Below are positions 60,891 to 64,000 of a DNA stretch of 64,000 bases, one piece after another. Below the pieces are notes generated by a model, which worked only from the letters and a program-made list of their open reading frames with translations, searched no databases and was not told the origin of the DNA. Each line of letters begins with the position of its first letter. The stretch's first letter is position 1. Made by a program: the position numbers and the translations under genes. This stretch comes from a virus. Its lineage: Duplodnaviria; Caudoviricetes. The stretch spans positions 96,001 to 160,000 of IMG/VR virus record IMGVR_UViG_3300037067_015585; one strand, 5' to 3'.

Positions 60891-61550
60891 ATGGACGCAG
60901 TTCTAGAATATAACGCAAAGCAAGTAATCGTCTGCGATTGTGACCCAGTAGATTGTGTGCAAAGTTGGCTTTTAGCTGGTAACTGGTATGAATTAGACTT
61001 ACTACAAATGCTCGACAAATTACAGATTTGTGGTAATTATCTGGATATTGGCGCTTACGTCGGTACATTTTCATTATTTTCTTCATTATTTTGTCCATCA
61101 GATAATATCTATGCAATTGAGCCGCAACTAGACATCTATAGTAAATTGGTGCGTAACATCGAAGCGAACAATATTAATAAATGTAAAACATTCAATATTG
61201 CTATATCGGATTATAATGGTCGAGGCCAGATGACGCACAGCGACACGAATCATGGAGGTTCAAGATTGGTTGCTGGTGTAGAAGTCGAAGTAGCCACTCT
61301 TGATTCACTACAAATCCCGAACATAAAAGTCGTTAAGATTGACGTAGAAAACGGTGAATTAGATGTCTTACGTGGCGGACAAAACACTATTTCTAATGCC
61401 AATCATCTGTTTATAGAAGTGTGGCCAGAAAGTACATGTCAACGTTACAATGTGCCATACGTAGGAAAACAGGTAGCAGATCTTTTGGCTAGTATGGGGT
61501 TTTCACATCAGTGTGAATTATCAGGTGACAACCACTATTGGAAGAAATGA
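60891..61550 (+). CDS. FkbM-family methyltransferase
   Basis: LDIGAYVG, AIEP, TLDS, KIDVENGELDVLRG, FIEV. Confidence 0.9.
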   Translation: MDAVLEYNAKQVIVCDCDPVDCVQSWLLAGNWYELDLLQMLDKLQICGNYLDIGAYVGTFSLFSSLFCPSDNIYAIEPQLDIYSKLVRNIEANNINKCKTFNIAISDYNGRGQMTHSDTNHGGSRLVAGVEVEVATLDSLQIPNIKVVKIDVENGELDVLRGGQNTISNANHLFIEVWPESTCQRYNVPYVGKQVADLLASMGFSHQCELSGDNHYWKK

Positions 61551-62179
61551 TGATATATAGCTTTGCTGGTTGTGTTATGGAAGGGGCTAGATTTTTACAG
61601 CCTTTTCTACCGGGCAGCGAAACCAGTACACGAGGGATGTCAACTGAAGGTGTACTACGGCTATTAAATGGAGAAACGCTATCAATTGATGAAGATCAAT
61701 TGCAACAAATACTGAACAATAATCCAAATTCGCCAAAAGGGACGTATTTTGGAATTACTAAAATTACTGGTATTATTTGGACACCAGTGTCAGATGCAAT
61801 ATATCTAACACCACTAGCACGATGTCAAGACAAAACGACATATCCTTTTCATGATGGTGCATTAAATAGTATACTAGGCACAACTGGTGCAAGTTTGTCT
61901 TTTGCGGCTATAAAAGCACTATGGGCACAATTGTATAAAGAGACAACCAAAATAAGCAGACGCGCAGTTGTGTATTATCCGACAGATCATTTACATAGTG
62001 GTGCCTGGAAAGAACGAATTGAAAGATTGCAACGATTAGCAAGGGATCTATTCAATGATTGGCAATATTATACAGTAAGACCAGAGTTAGCTGAACCTAA
62101 TGGTTATTGGGCACATTATTCGCAATCAGCCAGAGAAGAGCTATGGGAACAAATTGGCGAAGGATTTAAGATAAACTAA
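61547..62179 (+). CDS. hypothetical protein
   Basis: ATGA coupling to the FkbM-family gene. Confidence 0.55.
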   Translation: MMIYSFAGCVMEGARFLQPFLPGSETSTRGMSTEGVLRLLNGETLSIDEDQLQQILNNNPNSPKGTYFGITKITGIIWTPVSDAIYLTPLARCQDKTTYPFHDGALNSILGTTGASLSFAAIKALWAQLYKETTKISRRAVVYYPTDHLHSGAWKERIERLQRLARDLFNDWQYYTVRPELAEPNGYWAHYSQSAREELWEQIGEGFKIN

Positions 62180-63543
62180 CCACGCCAATCTTCTTCTGGT
62201 TCATCTTCTTCTGGCCTATATTCATCAGGTTCATATTCACCAATATCAAATTCTTCTGGTTCAACCATTAAATCATTTAATAGTTGTTTGGCGTTTTCTG
62301 GATCATCAACAACCGCAGCGATAATCTTCTGTAAATCGTCTGGTGGCTGCTTTGAGAGGGCTACATAGAGATCTGATAGAGACAATTCACGCGGCTTGAT
62401 TTTCAAGAATCTACGCCACATCTCTGGGCCGACCTGCATTAAATATGGCTCGTGCTTGATATCATCAGCATGTTTTAGAACTGTCTTAGTAGTCGGCTCA
62501 TCAAGATCTGCTAATCCGTGATGGCTAAGTAATTCAGCAACACCTTTATTCATTTCTTGTGCTAATACTGGGAAAACAATACCGCGAGCTTGAACAGTGG
62601 GTTCACCGCCTTCCTCTTCAGGATATTCGACCTTTGCAGAGCCCACAGCCATAGCACCCAAATTCGCAAACATCGCTGGAATATCAATCAACCAATACAT
62701 TCCATGCGACCCAGAAGATATCTGATCATACAATCTGAGCAATCGTGGATCTATTGCCTCTATTTCTTTATCAATAGCATGATGCATAGATAGCATAGCG
62801 TGAATTGCCGATCCATGAGTCATAGCGTTCAAAGTCAAGCGCTTGTTGATATGCTTACGAGTCATATCGTCAATTTCTTCCTGGCCTTCTTCTTCAGCAC
62901 CAAGATCCTCGTCGGCCTCATTCTCTTCAACGTCGCCAGTCAGACGACCATTCAACATCTCCTCTGGAATATGCCAAATCTTACATGTAATTGTCTTGGC
63001 TAGTTCTACCAATTCATCTTCATGTGTCGCTTCGATACGCATGATTTGCTGAACAACGCGCATCATATTCCCCATATTTGCGCCAGAAGCCTTAGAACGC
63101 TGATCAGTGTGTTCCCACGATTTGCGTGACAAGTCATCGCCAGACATAGCGAAAATTGGATGTTTTCCTAATGTATGCTCGCGATTTTGACGCAAGCCAC
63201 GCCAAAAATCTTGGGTACCAGGCTCTACTTCATCCTCGTAGGCTTCCGTCATAAGTTGTGCAAGTAGATTTGGTGCAGTATAGTTTTTAGGCTGTGGTAA
63301 TTGCTTTGGCCTAGGAGGATTCCAGGGTTTGTGCTCTGGGGGCTGCTTGGGCTTTGGTATTGTGCCTGGTTTAACAGGCGTAGTAGTCTGATTTTTAGGC
63401 TGTGGTAATTGCTTTGGCCTAGGAGGATTCCAGGGTTTGTGCTCTGGGGGCTGCTTGGGCCTTACTGGGGTCTTGACAGGGGGTGCAACTGGCGATGCAG
63501 TACCTTCTAAGATCTTCGATAGTGTTTTGTCGAAATATACCAT
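62176..63543 (-). CDS. hypothetical phage protein with Pro-rich duplicated N-terminus
   Basis: 455 aa; KILEG/LMTEA motifs, KRLTLNAMTHGSA core, acidic tail. Confidence 0.7.
   Translation of the reverse strand: MVYFDKTLSKILEGTASPVAPPVKTPVRPKQPPEHKPWNPPRPKQLPQPKNQTTTPVKPGTIPKPKQPPEHKPWNPPRPKQLPQPKNYTAPNLLAQLMTEAYEDEVEPGTQDFWRGLRQNREHTLGKHPIFAMSGDDLSRKSWEHTDQRSKASGANMGNMMRVVQQIMRIEATHEDELVELAKTITCKIWHIPEEMLNGRLTGDVEENEADEDLGAEEEGQEEIDDMTRKHINKRLTLNAMTHGSAIHAMLSMHHAIDKEIEAIDPRLLRLYDQISSGSHGMYWLIDIPAMFANLGAMAVGSAKVEYPEEEGGEPTVQARGIVFPVLAQEMNKGVAELLSHHGLADLDEPTTKTVLKHADDIKHEPYLMQVGPEMWRRFLKIKPRELSLSDLYVALSKQPPDDLQKIIAAVVDDPENAKQLLNDLMVEPEEFDIGEYEPDEYRPEEDEPEEDWRG
63284..63460. repeat. 69-bp perfect direct repeat (2 copies, period 108)
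   Basis: 63284..63352 equals 63392..63460; encodes PKQPPEHKPWNPPRPKQLPQPK. Confidence 0.9.
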
Positions 63544-63591
63544 GGATGTTCCTAGCTAGAGACAAATTTCCCATAAAAAGATTTGCACATA

Positions 63592-64000
63592 ATGCTACTC
63601 AGCAATTTGTACTTATTAGAAGCACTTGATCCTGTCGCTAACGCTTTCGCGAAATTTGGTAAGAATGCTGTAAACATTGCCAAGAAGGTACATGACAATC
63701 ACCCCAATCTAGATTACGAAGAGCTTGCTAAGCAGTTATTGCAACAGGCTATAGAGACTGATCCAGACCCAAAGAAGAAGAGCGTAGGATGGATATTGAA
63801 GCAAGTTGGAAATAAAGCAATCATTCTACCAGACGACGCACATGCAATAAACGAGCTGTTGAGGCGGTTTGTCGAACAGAAGAGAGTTGGTCGATTGCCA
63901 GAACCAGATCTTAATAAACATACGGTCGATAGCGCGAGAGATATGCTTGATCAGCTTGGTGATGTCGAGAGCAAACGACAAGGCGGTTTGGGCTTCGATC
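63592..64000 (+). CDS. hypothetical phage protein (runs off window edge)
   Basis: MLLSNLYLLEALDP...TDPDPKKKSVGWILKQ...DLNKH open to the end of the window. Confidence 0.65.
   Translation, partial: MLLSNLYLLEALDPVANAFAKFGKNAVNIAKKVHDNHPNLDYEELAKQLLQQAIETDPDPKKKSVGWILKQVGNKAIILPDDAHAINELLRRFVEQKRVGRLPEPDLNKHTVDSARDMLDQLGDVESKRQGGLGFD

Noticed and set aside
1-64000. Stop-codon reassignment
   Set aside because: Recognisable proteins are full length in code 11, and TAA, TAG and TGA all end genes

Overview
Gene-dense, AT-rich segment of a large (jumbo/huge) dsDNA bacteriophage genome, read in standard code 11 and mostly on the minus strand. No capsid or terminase genes fall in this window, so phage origin is inferred from the gene set. 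It holds a T4-like replication/recombination module (Hjc-like resolvase, 5'-3' exonuclease, gp32-like SSB, UvsY-like protein, gp41/DnaB helicase, RecA, gp47/SbcD). Instead of a family-B polymerase, it carries a miniature family-A polymerase and a DnaE split into two genes with no visible intein. Also present: an actin-like ATPase, GroES, UDG, dUTPase, DinG helicase, a Type IIG-like R-M enzyme, collagen-like fibres, Thr-rich mucin-like paralogs and three glycosyl/methyltransferase clusters, including a ppGalNAc-T (GT27)-like enzyme. The most striking unexplained structure is a ~450-nt non-coding stretch (52.7-53.2 kb, minus strand) directly behind an uncharacterised 245-aa helical protein. It folds by eye into two tandem long stems, each capped by a circularly permuted tRNA-like domain (YrlA/Y-RNA-like architecture), with no Ro60/Rsr gene in the window. 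Further structured non-coding regions lie at 55.4-55.6 kb (RNase P-like motifs) and 56.3-57.0 kb (repeats and hairpins). All calls come from manual motif recognition; no searches were run.
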